A stretch of 64,000 bases of DNA from an uncultured Acidobacteriota bacterium (GTDB lineage: Bacteria > Acidobacteriota > Vicinamibacteria > Vicinamibacterales > SCN-69-37). Under the pieces are notes generated by a model that was not told the DNA's origin, did not search any database, and saw only the letters and a program-made list of their open reading frames with translations. Position 1 is the stretch's first letter; each line of letters opens with the position of its first letter. The stretch is taken from positions 907,427-971,426 of the forward strand of contig CAVSQJ010000002.1 in NCBI GenBank assembly GCA_963730095.1, given 5' to 3'. Positions 9,232 to 18,477 of the stretch are shown one piece after another. A program made the translations under genes and the position numbers.

Positions 9232-10293
9232 GTGTCTTCACCACTCAAACTGGACGTCGGAGTGTTGGGTGCGACCGGCCGAGTCGGCCAGCAATTCGTG
9301 GCGCGGCTCGACGGGCATCCGTGGTTCAACCTCGCATGGGTCGCCGCGAGCGAGCGATCCGAAGGGAAGGCGTACGCGGAGGCCGCGCCATGGCGGCTCC
9401 ACACGCCCATGCCCGAGGCGAGCCGGGCCCTGCGCGTGGATGGATGCGTGCCCGGACGCGGCCCGAAGATTCTGTTCTCTGCGCTCGATGCCGCGGCGGC
9501 CGATGAGCTCGAGCACGCCTTCGCCGCGGCCGGCCACATCGTCCTGAGCAACGCGCGCACGCATCGGATGAATCCGCTCGTGCCGCTCCTGATTCCCGAG
9601 GTCAACGCGGATCATCTCGCGCTCCTGCCGGCGCAGCGGCGCGAGACCGGCTGGTCCGGCGCGATTGTCACGAATCCGAACTGCGCCGCCGTCGTGCTCG
9701 CGATGGCGCTGGCGCCGATGCGCGCGTTCGACATCCGCCGCGTGCTGGTGACCACGATGCAGGCCGTGTCTGGCGCGGGGTATCCCGGCGTGCCGTCGCT
9801 CGACATCCTCGGCAATCTCATTCCGTACATCGGCGGCGGCGAAGAGGACAAGATCGAGCGCGAGACCGTGAAGATTCTCGGCGGTGATGGAGGGCGGGCG
9901 GTTCACCCCGCGGTGGTCAGCGCGCAGGTCAATCGCGTGGCCGTGGTCGACGGCCACTCGATGTCGGTGTCGGTCGAGCTCGCGTCGCGCCCCGCCGCCG
10001 CCGACGTCATCGCCGCACTCCGCGCGTTTCGCGGGAGGCCGCAGGCGCTCGGTTTGCCGACCGCCCCCGATCCGCCAATCGTCGTGATGGACGATCCCGC
10101 GCGGCCCCAGCCCCGGCTCGACGCCGATCTCGGCCATGGGATGGCGGTGTCGGTCGGCCGCGTGCGCGCGTGCCCGGTCCTCACGCACAAGTTCGTCGCG
10201 CTCGGCCACAACACGATTCGCGGCGCGGCCGGCGCGTCGATCTTGAACGCTGAGCTCATGAAGGCTGAAGGATTGCTCGAGCCTGTCCGATGA
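9232..10293 (+). CDS. asd: aspartate-semialdehyde dehydrogenase (archaeal/fungal-type)
   Basis: In-frame GTG at 9232 within ORF 8893..10293. VGVLGATGRVGQQF Rossmann motif, NPNC active-site Cys, IPYIGGGEEDKIE, GHNTIRGAAG. Confidence 0.9.
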   Translation: MSSPLKLDVGVLGATGRVGQQFVARLDGHPWFNLAWVAASERSEGKAYAEAAPWRLHTPMPEASRALRVDGCVPGRGPKILFSALDAAAADELEHAFAAAGHIVLSNARTHRMNPLVPLLIPEVNADHLALLPAQRRETGWSGAIVTNPNCAAVVLAMALAPMRAFDIRRVLVTTMQAVSGAGYPGVPSLDILGNLIPYIGGGEEDKIERETVKILGGDGGRAVHPAVVSAQVNRVAVVDGHSMSVSVELASRPAAADVIAALRAFRGRPQALGLPTAPDPPIVVMDDPARPQPRLDADLGHGMAVSVGRVRACPVLTHKFVALGHNTIRGAAGASILNAELMKAEGLLEPVR

Positions 10294-11690
10294 TCGTCAT
10301 GAAGTTCGGCGGCACGTCGGTCGCTGATCGCGCGGCAATCGAGCGGCTCGTGAGCATCGTGCGCGCCGCGCGGCAGGCGGCCATCCAGCCGGAGAGCGCC
10401 GACTGGCGCGGACCGGTGGTCGTGGTGTCGGCGCTCGGCGGCGTGACCGATCGGCTGCTCGGCCTGGCGGCCGAGGCGGGAGCGGGCGACGTCGAGGGCG
10501 CGCGCGAGAACATCAACGCGCTCGAGGCGCGTCATCTGGACGTCGCGGGCGTCGTGATGGATGACGGCGAGCGGCGCAGGCTCGAGGCGCTGATTCGCGC
10601 CGAGTTCGACGAGCTCGGGCGCGTCGTCAGCGCGCTCGGCGTGCTGCGCGAGGTGACGCCGCGCTGGCTCGACGCGATCGCCGCGACCGGCGAGATCATC
10701 AGCAGCCGGATGGTGGCCGCCGCGCTCGCTTCGCACGGCCTGCCGTCGGCGTGGGTCGACGCCAGGCGCGTCCTGGTCACGACCGAGGATCACATGGGCG
10801 CCGCGCCCCTCGAGGCCGAGACCACGGCGGCACTCGCGGCGACCGTCGATCCGCTCCTGGCGTCACGAAAAATTCCGGTCATTGGCGGCTTCGTCGGCGC
10901 GACGCGAGCGGGCGTGACGACGACGCTGGGACGCGGCGGATCGGATTTCTCGGCGTCGATCGTCGGCGCGTGCCTGGCCGCCGAGGAGATCCAGATATGG
11001 ACGGACGTCGACGGCATGCTGACGGCCGACCCGCGCGTCGTTCGCGACGTGCGCGTCGTGCCGCATTTGTCGTTCGCCGAAGCGTCCGAGCTCGCGTATT
11101 TCGGCGCCAAGGTACTGCACCCGGCGACGATCCAGCCCGCGGTCGGCCGCAACATTCCGGTGAGGATCCTCAACGCCCGGCGTCCCGAGGACCCGGTCGG
11201 TACGCTCATCACGCACGACCGCCCGGCGTCTGTCGATCCGTTCACCGCGATCGCGTCGAAGACCGGCGTGACCGTCGTCGACATCACCTCGACGCGGATG
11301 CTGATGGCGCACGGTTTTCTGCGCCGCATCTTCGAGGTGTTCGAGCAGCATCGGATCTCGGTGGATGTCGTGACGACGTCCGAGGTCAGCGTCTCGGTGA
11401 CGATCGACGACGCCCGGCGCGTGCCGGAGGCGATCGAGACGCTGCGCGGCGTCGCGGACGTCACGCGCGAGGACGGCATGGCGATTCTGTGCGCGGTCGG
11501 TGAGGGCCTGCAGAACGATCCGACGCTGGTGACGGCGCTGCTGGCCGCGACGGGCGGCGTCCCGATCCGCATGGTCTCGCAGGCCGCCGCGCGACGGAAC
11601 ATCACACTCGTGCTGCGCGCGGAGGACCTGAACGCGACGCTCGAGCGCGTTCATTCGAGGTTCTTTGCGGATGCTCGTCAGGTAAGTTAG
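10290..11690 (+). CDS. lysC: aspartate kinase
   Basis: MIVMKFGGTSVADRAAIERL; TTLGRGGSDFSA; C-terminal ACT-like region. ATGA overlap with asd. Confidence 0.92.
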   Translation: MIVMKFGGTSVADRAAIERLVSIVRAARQAAIQPESADWRGPVVVVSALGGVTDRLLGLAAEAGAGDVEGARENINALEARHLDVAGVVMDDGERRRLEALIRAEFDELGRVVSALGVLREVTPRWLDAIAATGEIISSRMVAAALASHGLPSAWVDARRVLVTTEDHMGAAPLEAETTAALAATVDPLLASRKIPVIGGFVGATRAGVTTTLGRGGSDFSASIVGACLAAEEIQIWTDVDGMLTADPRVVRDVRVVPHLSFAEASELAYFGAKVLHPATIQPAVGRNIPVRILNARRPEDPVGTLITHDRPASVDPFTAIASKTGVTVVDITSTRMLMAHGFLRRIFEVFEQHRISVDVVTTSEVSVSVTIDDARRVPEAIETLRGVADVTREDGMAILCAVGEGLQNDPTLVTALLAATGGVPIRMVSQAAARRNITLVLRAEDLNATLERVHSRFFADARQVS

Positions 11691-11702
11691 GGACGTCGAA
11701 TC

Positions 11703-12386
11703 ATGAAACTGCTGCTTGTGGGACGCGGACGGATGGGCCGCCTCGTGGAGAACCTGGCGGCGCGCCACGGGGACCTGGCGATCGCGGGCGTTGTCACCGC
11801 GGCGTCGGGGCCGGACGCGATCGCGTCGATAGGGCCCGCGGACGTGGCGATCGACTTCTCGACGGCCGCGGCCGTGGCGGTGAACTTTCCGCGCCTCGCC
11901 GCGCGCGGAATCAACGTCGTCATCGGCACGACAGGCTGGCAGGCCCACGAGGCCGCGGTGCGCGCCGAGGCCGAGCGGGCGGGCATCGGCGTGCTGGCCT
12001 CGGCGAATTTCTCGCTCGGCGTGTACGTCTTCCGGATGCTCGTCGAGGATGCGGCCCGGCGGTTCACGCCGCTCGCCGAGACCGGCGCCTGGATTCACGA
12101 GGCGCATCACGCGGCCAAGAAGGACGCGCCGTCGGGCACGGCGTTCATGCTCCTGTCGGCCATGCAGGCCGCCGGCTATCCGCGCAAGATCGACGTGTCG
12201 AGCACGCGCGCCGGATCGATTCCGGGCACGCACATCGTCGGCTTCGACGGGCTGGCTGACAGCGTCACGCTTACGCACGAGGTGCGGGATCGCGCGGTGT
12301 TCGCGCACGGGGCGCTCGAGGCGGCCCGGTGGATCCAGGGCAAGCGCGGATGGTTCACGATGGACGACCTCATGCGCGCGCCGTAG
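11703..12386 (+). CDS. dapB: 4-hydroxy-tetrahydrodipicolinate reductase
   Basis: MKLLLVGRGRMGRLV; EAHHAAKKDAPSGTA signature. Confidence 0.88.
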   Translation: MKLLLVGRGRMGRLVENLAARHGDLAIAGVVTAASGPDAIASIGPADVAIDFSTAAAVAVNFPRLAARGINVVIGTTGWQAHEAAVRAEAERAGIGVLASANFSLGVYVFRMLVEDAARRFTPLAETGAWIHEAHHAAKKDAPSGTAFMLLSAMQAAGYPRKIDVSSTRAGSIPGTHIVGFDGLADSVTLTHEVRDRAVFAHGALEAARWIQGKRGWFTMDDLMRAP

Positions 12387-12422
12387 CCGGCGTGTGATCA
12401 AGAATTGAGAAGGGGATCCCGC

Positions 12423-13340
12423 ATGCGCACCGCATTCACCGGCGTCGGCACCGCACTCATCACTCCATTCACGAGGACCGGCGCGGTCGACGAGCCCGCG
12501 GTTCGCCGCCTGGCCCGCCGACAGGTCGATGCCGGCGTGCACGTGCTGGTGCCGTGCGGCACGACCGGCGAGACCCCGACGCTCTCGCCCGCCGAGCGCC
12601 GCCGCGTCGTCGAGATCGTCGCGGAAGAAGCGAAGGGCCGCGCGCTCGTGCTCGCCGGCGCGGGCGGCTACGACACGCGCGAAGTGATTCACGCGGCGGA
12701 CGAAATGGCCAAGGCCGGAGCACAGGGCCTGCTTTCCGTCACGCCGTACTACAACAAGCCGACGCCCGAAGGGCTGTATCAACACTACAAGGCGATCGCG
12801 GAGAGCACGGCGCTGCCGATCGTGCTGTACAACGTGCCCGGCCGCACCGGCTGCAACATCGATCCCGCCACGCTCGCGCGCCTTGCGACGATCAAGAACA
12901 TCATCGGCGTGAAGGAAGCGTCGGGGAACATGACGCAGATGGCGGAAGTGATTCGCGCCGTGCCGGACGACTTCCTCGTGCTGAGCGGCGACGATGCGCT
13001 GACGCTGCCGCTGATGGCGATCGGCGGGCGCGGCATCATCTCCGTCGCGTCGAACGAGATTCCCGCCGAGATGGTGCAGATGGTCGAAGCGGCCGAGCGC
13101 GGAGACTACGCGACCGCGCGCCGGTGGCATCAGAAACTGCTGCCCGTCATGCAGGTGAACTTCATCGAGTCGAGCCCGGGCCCGGTGAAGTTCGCGATGG
13201 CCGCGATGGGCCTCTGCGAGGACGCCTATCGGCTGCCGATGGTGCCGCCGCGACCGCCGTCGCAGGAGAAGATCCTCGCGGTGATGCGCGAGTTCGGTTT
13301 GCCGATCGTCTCGGCGGCCGTGGGCCGCGTCGCCTCCTAG
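12423..13340 (+). CDS. dapA: 4-hydroxy-tetrahydrodipicolinate synthase
   Basis: ATG at 12423 (MRTAFTGVGTALITPF) after GAAGGGGA. VPCGTTGETPTLS motif. Confidence 0.9.
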   Translation: MRTAFTGVGTALITPFTRTGAVDEPAVRRLARRQVDAGVHVLVPCGTTGETPTLSPAERRRVVEIVAEEAKGRALVLAGAGGYDTREVIHAADEMAKAGAQGLLSVTPYYNKPTPEGLYQHYKAIAESTALPIVLYNVPGRTGCNIDPATLARLATIKNIIGVKEASGNMTQMAEVIRAVPDDFLVLSGDDALTLPLMAIGGRGIISVASNEIPAEMVQMVEAAERGDYATARRWHQKLLPVMQVNFIESSPGPVKFAMAAMGLCEDAYRLPMVPPRPPSQEKILAVMREFGLPIVSAAVGRVAS

Positions 13341-13347
13341 CGCACCC

Positions 13348-14190
13348 ATGGACCTTCGGTCGTCGATCGCGCGCCTGTTCGCCGACGGCGAGCGGGCGGA
13401 CAAGACCGCCGCACGCGAGGCATTCTTCGAGCTGCAGCGCGCGCTGGGGCAGGGCGAGGTACGTGCGGCCGTGCGCGACAGCGCGGCGCCGAGCGGCTGG
13501 CGCGTCAATGCGTGGGTGAAGCAGGGCATCCTGCTGGGCTTCAGATTCGGCGACGTGAAGGATGTCTCGGCGGACCACGGCAAGTGGCCGTTCTACGACA
13601 AGGACACGATGACGCTGAAGAAGCCGGGCGTCGATGCGGGCGTGCGCATCGTGCCTGGCGGGTCGACGATCCGCGAGGGCGCGTACGTCGCACGGTCGGT
13701 CGTCTGCATGCCGCCGATGTACGTGAACATCGGCGCGTACGTCGACGAGGGCACGCTCATCGACTCGCACGCGCTCGTCGGGTCCTGCGCGCAGGTCGGC
13801 CGCCGCGTGCACGTGAGTGCGGCCGCGCAGATCGGCGGCGTCATCGAGCCCGTCGGCGCGCTGCCGGTCATCGTCGAAGACGATGTGTTGATTGGCGGGA
13901 ACAGCGGCATCTACGAGGGCGCGGTGATCAAGTCGCGCGCGGTCATTGCGGCGGGCGTCGTGCTCACGGCGTCGACGCCCGTGTACGATCTGCCGCGCGG
14001 CGTCATCATCAGGCCCGAGCCGGGTGCGCCGCTCGTCATTCCCGAGGGCGCCGTCGTCGTGCCGGGCGCGCGCGCCGTGACGGTCGGCGCCGGACGCGAG
14101 TGGGGCCTGTCGCTGGCGACACCGGTCATCGTGAAGTACCGCGATGAGAGCACGGACACGCGCACGGAGCTCGAGGCGTGGATCCGCTGA
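13348..14190 (+). CDS. dapD: 2,3,4,5-tetrahydropyridine-2,6-dicarboxylate N-succinyltransferase
   Basis: The N-terminal GEVRAAV...WRVNAWVKQGILLGFR resembles DapD. Hexapeptide-repeat C-terminal half. Confidence 0.8.
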   Translation: MDLRSSIARLFADGERADKTAAREAFFELQRALGQGEVRAAVRDSAAPSGWRVNAWVKQGILLGFRFGDVKDVSADHGKWPFYDKDTMTLKKPGVDAGVRIVPGGSTIREGAYVARSVVCMPPMYVNIGAYVDEGTLIDSHALVGSCAQVGRRVHVSAAAQIGGVIEPVGALPVIVEDDVLIGGNSGIYEGAVIKSRAVIAAGVVLTASTPVYDLPRGVIIRPEPGAPLVIPEGAVVVPGARAVTVGAGREWGLSLATPVIVKYRDESTDTRTELEAWIR

Positions 14191-15185
14191 CGCAGGTCGC
14201 GCTCACGCGCCGCCTCATCGACATCGATTCGACCTCGGGACGCGAGGCGGAAGCCGGCCGGTTTCTGGCGGAGACCCTCCGCCGTCTGGGCTACGAGGTC
14301 ACCGAGCAGCCGGTCGCGGGCGATCGATTCAACGTCGTCGCGTCCGCCGGCGCGCCGCATGTGGTGCTGTCCACGCATTTCGACTGCGTTCCGCCATTTT
14401 TCGCCAGCCGCGAGGACGCTGGCGTGCTCCACGGCCGTGGCTCGTGCGACGCGAAGGGCACAATCCTCGCGATGATCGCCGCGGCCGAGCGGCTGCGGGC
14501 CAACGGCGAGCGTCGTGTCGGCCTGCTTTTCGTCGTTGGCGAGGAGCGGGGCAGCGAGGGAGCGCGCGCCGCGAATCTCATCTCGCCAGGCTCGCGATTC
14601 CTTATCGACGGAGAGCCAACCGACAACCGGCTCGGCACCGCGACTCGCGGCGTGTATCGCGTGAAGCTCACCGCGGCTGGCCGTGCCGCGCACTCGAGTC
14701 TGCCCGAGCTTGGCGTCTCCGCGATCGAGAAGCTGCTCGACGCGCTGACGGCGATGCGCCAGATTGAGTGGCCCGGCGACGCCGCGATGGGCCGCACGCA
14801 CTACACGGTTGGCCTCATCAGCGGCGGCGTCGCGCCAAACGTCATTCCGCCCGCGGCCGAGGCCGAGGTCATGTTCCGAACCGTCGGCGACCACGTTGAC
14901 GTTCGGCGCCTGCTCGAACGACACATCGGCGCGCTCGTGCAGCTCGACGATGTGCTGGTCGTGCCACCCGTGCGGCTCAAGACCGTGGCAGGCATTGAGT
15001 CGGCGGCGTTCGCATTCACGACGGATATTCCGTGGCTCGACCGCTGGGGCACGCCGCTGCTGCTCGGCCCCGGTTCGGTCCGCGTGGCGCACACGGACGA
15101 CGAGCACGTGGCGATCGCGGACCTTCTTCGAGCGTCGGATCTCTACGAACAGCTCGCCCTCACTTTGATGTCGCAAGCCGGATAG
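14178..15185 (+). CDS. M20-family deacylase (succinyl-diaminopimelate desuccinylase / ArgE-like)
   Basis: GTG at 14178 overlaps the dapD end by 13 nt. LSTHFDCVPP, GRGSCDAKG, VGEERGSEG metal-ligand-like motifs. The DapE role is inferred from operon context only. Confidence 0.7.
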   Translation: MDPLTQVALTRRLIDIDSTSGREAEAGRFLAETLRRLGYEVTEQPVAGDRFNVVASAGAPHVVLSTHFDCVPPFFASREDAGVLHGRGSCDAKGTILAMIAAAERLRANGERRVGLLFVVGEERGSEGARAANLISPGSRFLIDGEPTDNRLGTATRGVYRVKLTAAGRAAHSSLPELGVSAIEKLLDALTAMRQIEWPGDAAMGRTHYTVGLISGGVAPNVIPPAAEAEVMFRTVGDHVDVRRLLERHIGALVQLDDVLVVPPVRLKTVAGIESAAFAFTTDIPWLDRWGTPLLLGPGSVRVAHTDDEHVAIADLLRASDLYEQLALTLMSQAG

Positions 15186-15222
15186 CGACGAGCATCGGCA
15201 ATCGGGCACTGTGTGATCTGCA

Positions 15223-16278
15223 ATGACCAACACCCATGCACTCTGGAACGCTGTCGTGTCGCGCGATCGAACCGCGGACGGTCTGTTCGTGTACGGCGTG
15301 ACATCCACCGGCGTCTACTGCCGTCCGTCGTGCCCGAGCCGTCGCCCGCACCGCGAGCGCGTCGAGTTTTTCCCGGCACCCGCGATGGCCGAGGCGGGCG
15401 GCTATCGTCCGTGCCGCCGCTGCCATCCGGAAGCCCGCACGAACGGCGCGGATGCGACCGCGCGCGTGCGCCACGCGTGTGAGGCGGTGGCGGTCCGGCC
15501 TGAGGCGCGATGGACGAGCGCCGCGCTCGCCCGGGCCGGCGGCACGAGCGTCGTCCAGCTCCAGCGCGCGTTCCGCCGCGTGCTCGGCATCGCGCCACGT
15601 GACTACGTCGCGGCATGCCGCCAGCGACGTTTCCTCGACGCCGTGCGCAACGGCCATCGCGTGACCGATGCCGTGTACGAAGCGGGCTACGGATCGTCGA
15701 GCCGCGTGTACGGATCGTTGACGCTGCCGGGGATGACGCCCGCGACCTACGGCCGCGGAGGCCGGGGCGCCGAGATTCGCTGGCTTGCGGCCGACTCGCC
15801 GCTGGGCCGCGTGCTCGTTGCGGCGACGACGCGCGGGCTGTGTGCCGTGCGAGCAGGATCGGACGATCGGGCGCTGCTTCGATCGCTCGGCGAGGAATTT
15901 CCAGAGGCGCAGATCGCGAGTGCACCGGCGCCGGAGCTCGCGCCGCTTGTCGATGCCGCGCTCGCGATCGCGCGCGCGTCCGACGTGCCGGCCGACATCC
16001 CGGTGGACATTCGCGGAACCGCGTTCCAATGGCGCGTGTGGCGCGCGCTCACGCAAATTCCGCGCGGCGAGACGCGCACCTACTCCGAAGTGGCCCGGGC
16101 AATCGGCAACCCGTCGTCGGTCCGCGCCGTGGCGCGCGCGTGCGCGACCAATCCCATCGCGCTGGTCGTCCCCTGCCATCGCGTTCTGCGCACCGACGGT
16201 CACCTCGGCGGCTATCGCTGGGGCCTCGAGATGAAGGAAGCGCTGCTGGCCGCCGAGGGCGCGCGAAAACGGTCGTGA
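15223..16278 (+). CDS. ada: bifunctional Ada: Zn-binding methylphosphotriester methyltransferase + AraC-type HTH + O6-methylguanine-DNA methyltransferase
   Basis: YCRPSCPSRRP...YRPCRRCHP (Ada Zn site); AraC-like HTH; C-terminal IALVVPCHRVLRTDGHLGGYRWG (PCHR active site). Confidence 0.88.
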   Translation: MTNTHALWNAVVSRDRTADGLFVYGVTSTGVYCRPSCPSRRPHRERVEFFPAPAMAEAGGYRPCRRCHPEARTNGADATARVRHACEAVAVRPEARWTSAALARAGGTSVVQLQRAFRRVLGIAPRDYVAACRQRRFLDAVRNGHRVTDAVYEAGYGSSSRVYGSLTLPGMTPATYGRGGRGAEIRWLAADSPLGRVLVAATTRGLCAVRAGSDDRALLRSLGEEFPEAQIASAPAPELAPLVDAALAIARASDVPADIPVDIRGTAFQWRVWRALTQIPRGETRTYSEVARAIGNPSSVRAVARACATNPIALVVPCHRVLRTDGHLGGYRWGLEMKEALLAAEGARKRS

Positions 16279-17114
16279 GCGGGGCGCCGCCGGATCGCGA
16301 TTACGTCCTCGGCACGCACGACGAAGAGATCGCGCGCCTGGGCGTGCAGCATCGCGTCTGGCGCGACGTGGTGCTGGCCGCCTGGAAGCGCGCCGGTTTT
16401 GGTCCGGGCCAGACGATCGCCGACATCGGCTGCGGTCCGGGGTATGCGGCGCTCGATCTCGCCGAGATCGTCGGTCCGTCCGGCCGCGTCGTCGCCATCG
16501 ATCGCTCGCGGCGCTTTCTCGACGCGCTTGCCGGCGAAGCTCGCCGCCGCGGGCTCGACAACGTGGAGCCGGTGGAGCGCGATCTGGATACCGAGGGCCT
16601 GCCTTCGGTGCGCGTCGATGGCGCGTGGTGCCGCTGGGTGGCGGCGTTCCTCACAAAGCCCCGCGATCTCGTCACGGGCCTGCATCGGCTGATCCGCCCC
16701 GGCGGGTCGTTCGTGTCGCACGAGTACCTCGACTACGCCGCCTGGCGGTTGCTTCCGCGCTCGACGGAGTTCGACGAGTTCGTCGGCGGGGTGATCGCCA
16801 TGTGGCGGGCGACCGGCGGCGATCCCGACGTCGGCCTCAATATGCCGGCGTGGCTTGCGGCTGAAGGGTTCGATGTCGTCGAAACCCGCCCGATCGTCGG
16901 CCTCATCACGCCCGCGGATACGACCTGGCGATGGCCGGCCTCGTTCTTCGAGGTCGGCCTGAAGCGGCTCGTGGACATCGGGGCATTCGCCCCGGAGCGC
17001 GCAGCCTCGATCGCGTCGGTGTTTCACGCGCACGAATCGCGTCGCGACGCGCGAATGCTCCTGCCCATCGTCGGCGAGCTCATCGCGCGGACGGACCTGG
17101 CACCCGGCACCTAG
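16275..17114 (+). CDS. class I SAM-dependent methyltransferase
   Basis: GTG at 16275 overlaps the ada stop (GTGA). IADIGCGPGYAALDLAE motif I. Only the last 280 codons of ORF 15615..17114 look coding. Confidence 0.75.
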   Translation: MSGAPPDRDYVLGTHDEEIARLGVQHRVWRDVVLAAWKRAGFGPGQTIADIGCGPGYAALDLAEIVGPSGRVVAIDRSRRFLDALAGEARRRGLDNVEPVERDLDTEGLPSVRVDGAWCRWVAAFLTKPRDLVTGLHRLIRPGGSFVSHEYLDYAAWRLLPRSTEFDEFVGGVIAMWRATGGDPDVGLNMPAWLAAEGFDVVETRPIVGLITPADTTWRWPASFFEVGLKRLVDIGAFAPERAASIASVFHAHESRRDARMLLPIVGELIARTDLAPGT

Positions 17115-17200
17115 CACCTGGCACGAGACGGTCGGCACCGCACCGGCGCCAGCACAGCACCGCACGCAACCCCGCACTTCGCACCGTGCACCGCACTTGG
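17096..17200. repeat. degenerate one-armed array of GCACC-type units
   Basis: ctggcacccggcacctagcacctggcacgag...ggcaccgcaccggcgccagcacagcaccgcacgcaaccccgcacttcgcaccgtgcaccgcacttgg. Spans the stop of the methyltransferase gene and the spacer before 17214. Confidence 0.8.
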
Positions 17201-17213
17201 ATATGCTTCTGCC

Positions 17214-18437
17214 ATGCCAGGTTACGGCTCGCGCTACTGGTCCGAGCGCACCGCTGACAATCGCCGCCGCGCCTATCCGAAATTCAAGGGCGCTCACACC
17301 GCCGACGCCGTCGTCATCGGCGGCGGCCTGACGGGGGCGACGACAGCGTACGTGCTCGCCAACGCGGGACTCGACGTCATCCTTCTCGAGGCCGATCGAT
17401 TGGCGACGGGATCGACTGCCGCCGGTCTTGGCGCGATTCTGCCGCAGCCCGACGCCGTGTACCGTGCGGTCGAGCAGGCCGCGGGCCGGCGAGTGGCGCG
17501 TGTCGCCTGGGCCGAGGCGCGACGCAGCGGGCGCGATTTCGGTGAGGCGCTGGGGAAACTGCCGACGAAGTGCGACCTCGCGGAAACCGCGCTCATCGTC
17601 AACGCGCGCACGACCGACGACGGTCAACACCTGCGCCGCGAGCAGTCTGCGATGAAGGACGCCGGCCTCGCCGCGCCGTGGCTCACGCCCGCGGCGGTCC
17701 AGAAGAATCTCGGCGCCGAGTCGTCCGGCGGGCTGCGCCTGGCCGATGCGTTCACGTTCGATCCGGTGCGCGCGGCTCTCGGGCTCGCGGGCGCTGCCGA
17801 GGCCAAGGGCGCCAGAATTTTCGAACAGTCCGCGGTGCTGCGCACGCGTTTCACGCGGAGAATCGCGCAGGTCATGCTGGCGACCGGTACGATCCGGACG
17901 CCGGGCGTGATCGTCGCGACTGGCGAGCCCGGAGAGGTATTCGGCCAGCTTCGGCGACACGTCCGGCGGCAGACCGGTTATGCCGTTGTCACGCATCCGA
18001 TGTCCGCCGCGATGCGGCACGCGTCCGGCAAGCGAACGAGCATCGCGACCAACGGCGGCGCCAATCCTTATTACTGGCGGTGGCTGACGGAGGACCGCGT
18101 GCTCTTTGCGGGCGCGGCGTCGCGTCCGCCCGGTCCGCGGCTCCTCGACAAGGCCCTCGTCCAGCGCACCGCCCAACTGATGTACGAGCTTTCGGTCCGC
18201 TACCCGGAGATTTCAGGATTGCCGGCGGCGTGGGGCTGGGACGTGCCGGTGGTGTCGACGCCGGACGGGCTGCCGTGGATCGGGCCGCATCGCAATTACC
18301 CGTTTCACTTCTTCGCGATGGCCTTCGGTTGGCATGGCGACGGCCTCGCCTGGCTGGCCGCGAAATCGGCCCTGCGGTTCCTGCGCGGAGCACCGACGCG
18401 CGATGATGAGGCGTTCGGATTCGTGCGACACTTGTGA
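17214..18437 (+). CDS. FAD-dependent oxidoreductase (DAO-like)
   Basis: ADAVVIGGGLTGATTAYVLANAGLDVILLEA dinucleotide-binding motif. Confidence 0.8.
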   Translation: MPGYGSRYWSERTADNRRRAYPKFKGAHTADAVVIGGGLTGATTAYVLANAGLDVILLEADRLATGSTAAGLGAILPQPDAVYRAVEQAAGRRVARVAWAEARRSGRDFGEALGKLPTKCDLAETALIVNARTTDDGQHLRREQSAMKDAGLAAPWLTPAAVQKNLGAESSGGLRLADAFTFDPVRAALGLAGAAEAKGARIFEQSAVLRTRFTRRIAQVMLATGTIRTPGVIVATGEPGEVFGQLRRHVRRQTGYAVVTHPMSAAMRHASGKRTSIATNGGANPYYWRWLTEDRVLFAGAASRPPGPRLLDKALVQRTAQLMYELSVRYPEISGLPAAWGWDVPVVSTPDGLPWIGPHRNYPFHFFAMAFGWHGDGLAWLAAKSALRFLRGAPTRDDEAFGFVRHL

Positions 18438-18477
18438 CCTCGGCCGCGGCCGCGCGGTCTAACTTTGAAATCTGGGC

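Noticed and set aside
6395-9244. 949-aa minus-strand ORF antisense to receptor copy 2
   Set aside because: It is Arg/Ala/Gly-rich and low-complexity (RRHRRRGNRAAVHGDADAARRR...), has no recognisable motif, and lies exactly antisense to a well-conserved paralogous receptor gene. This is a typical open-frame artefact of high-GC DNA.
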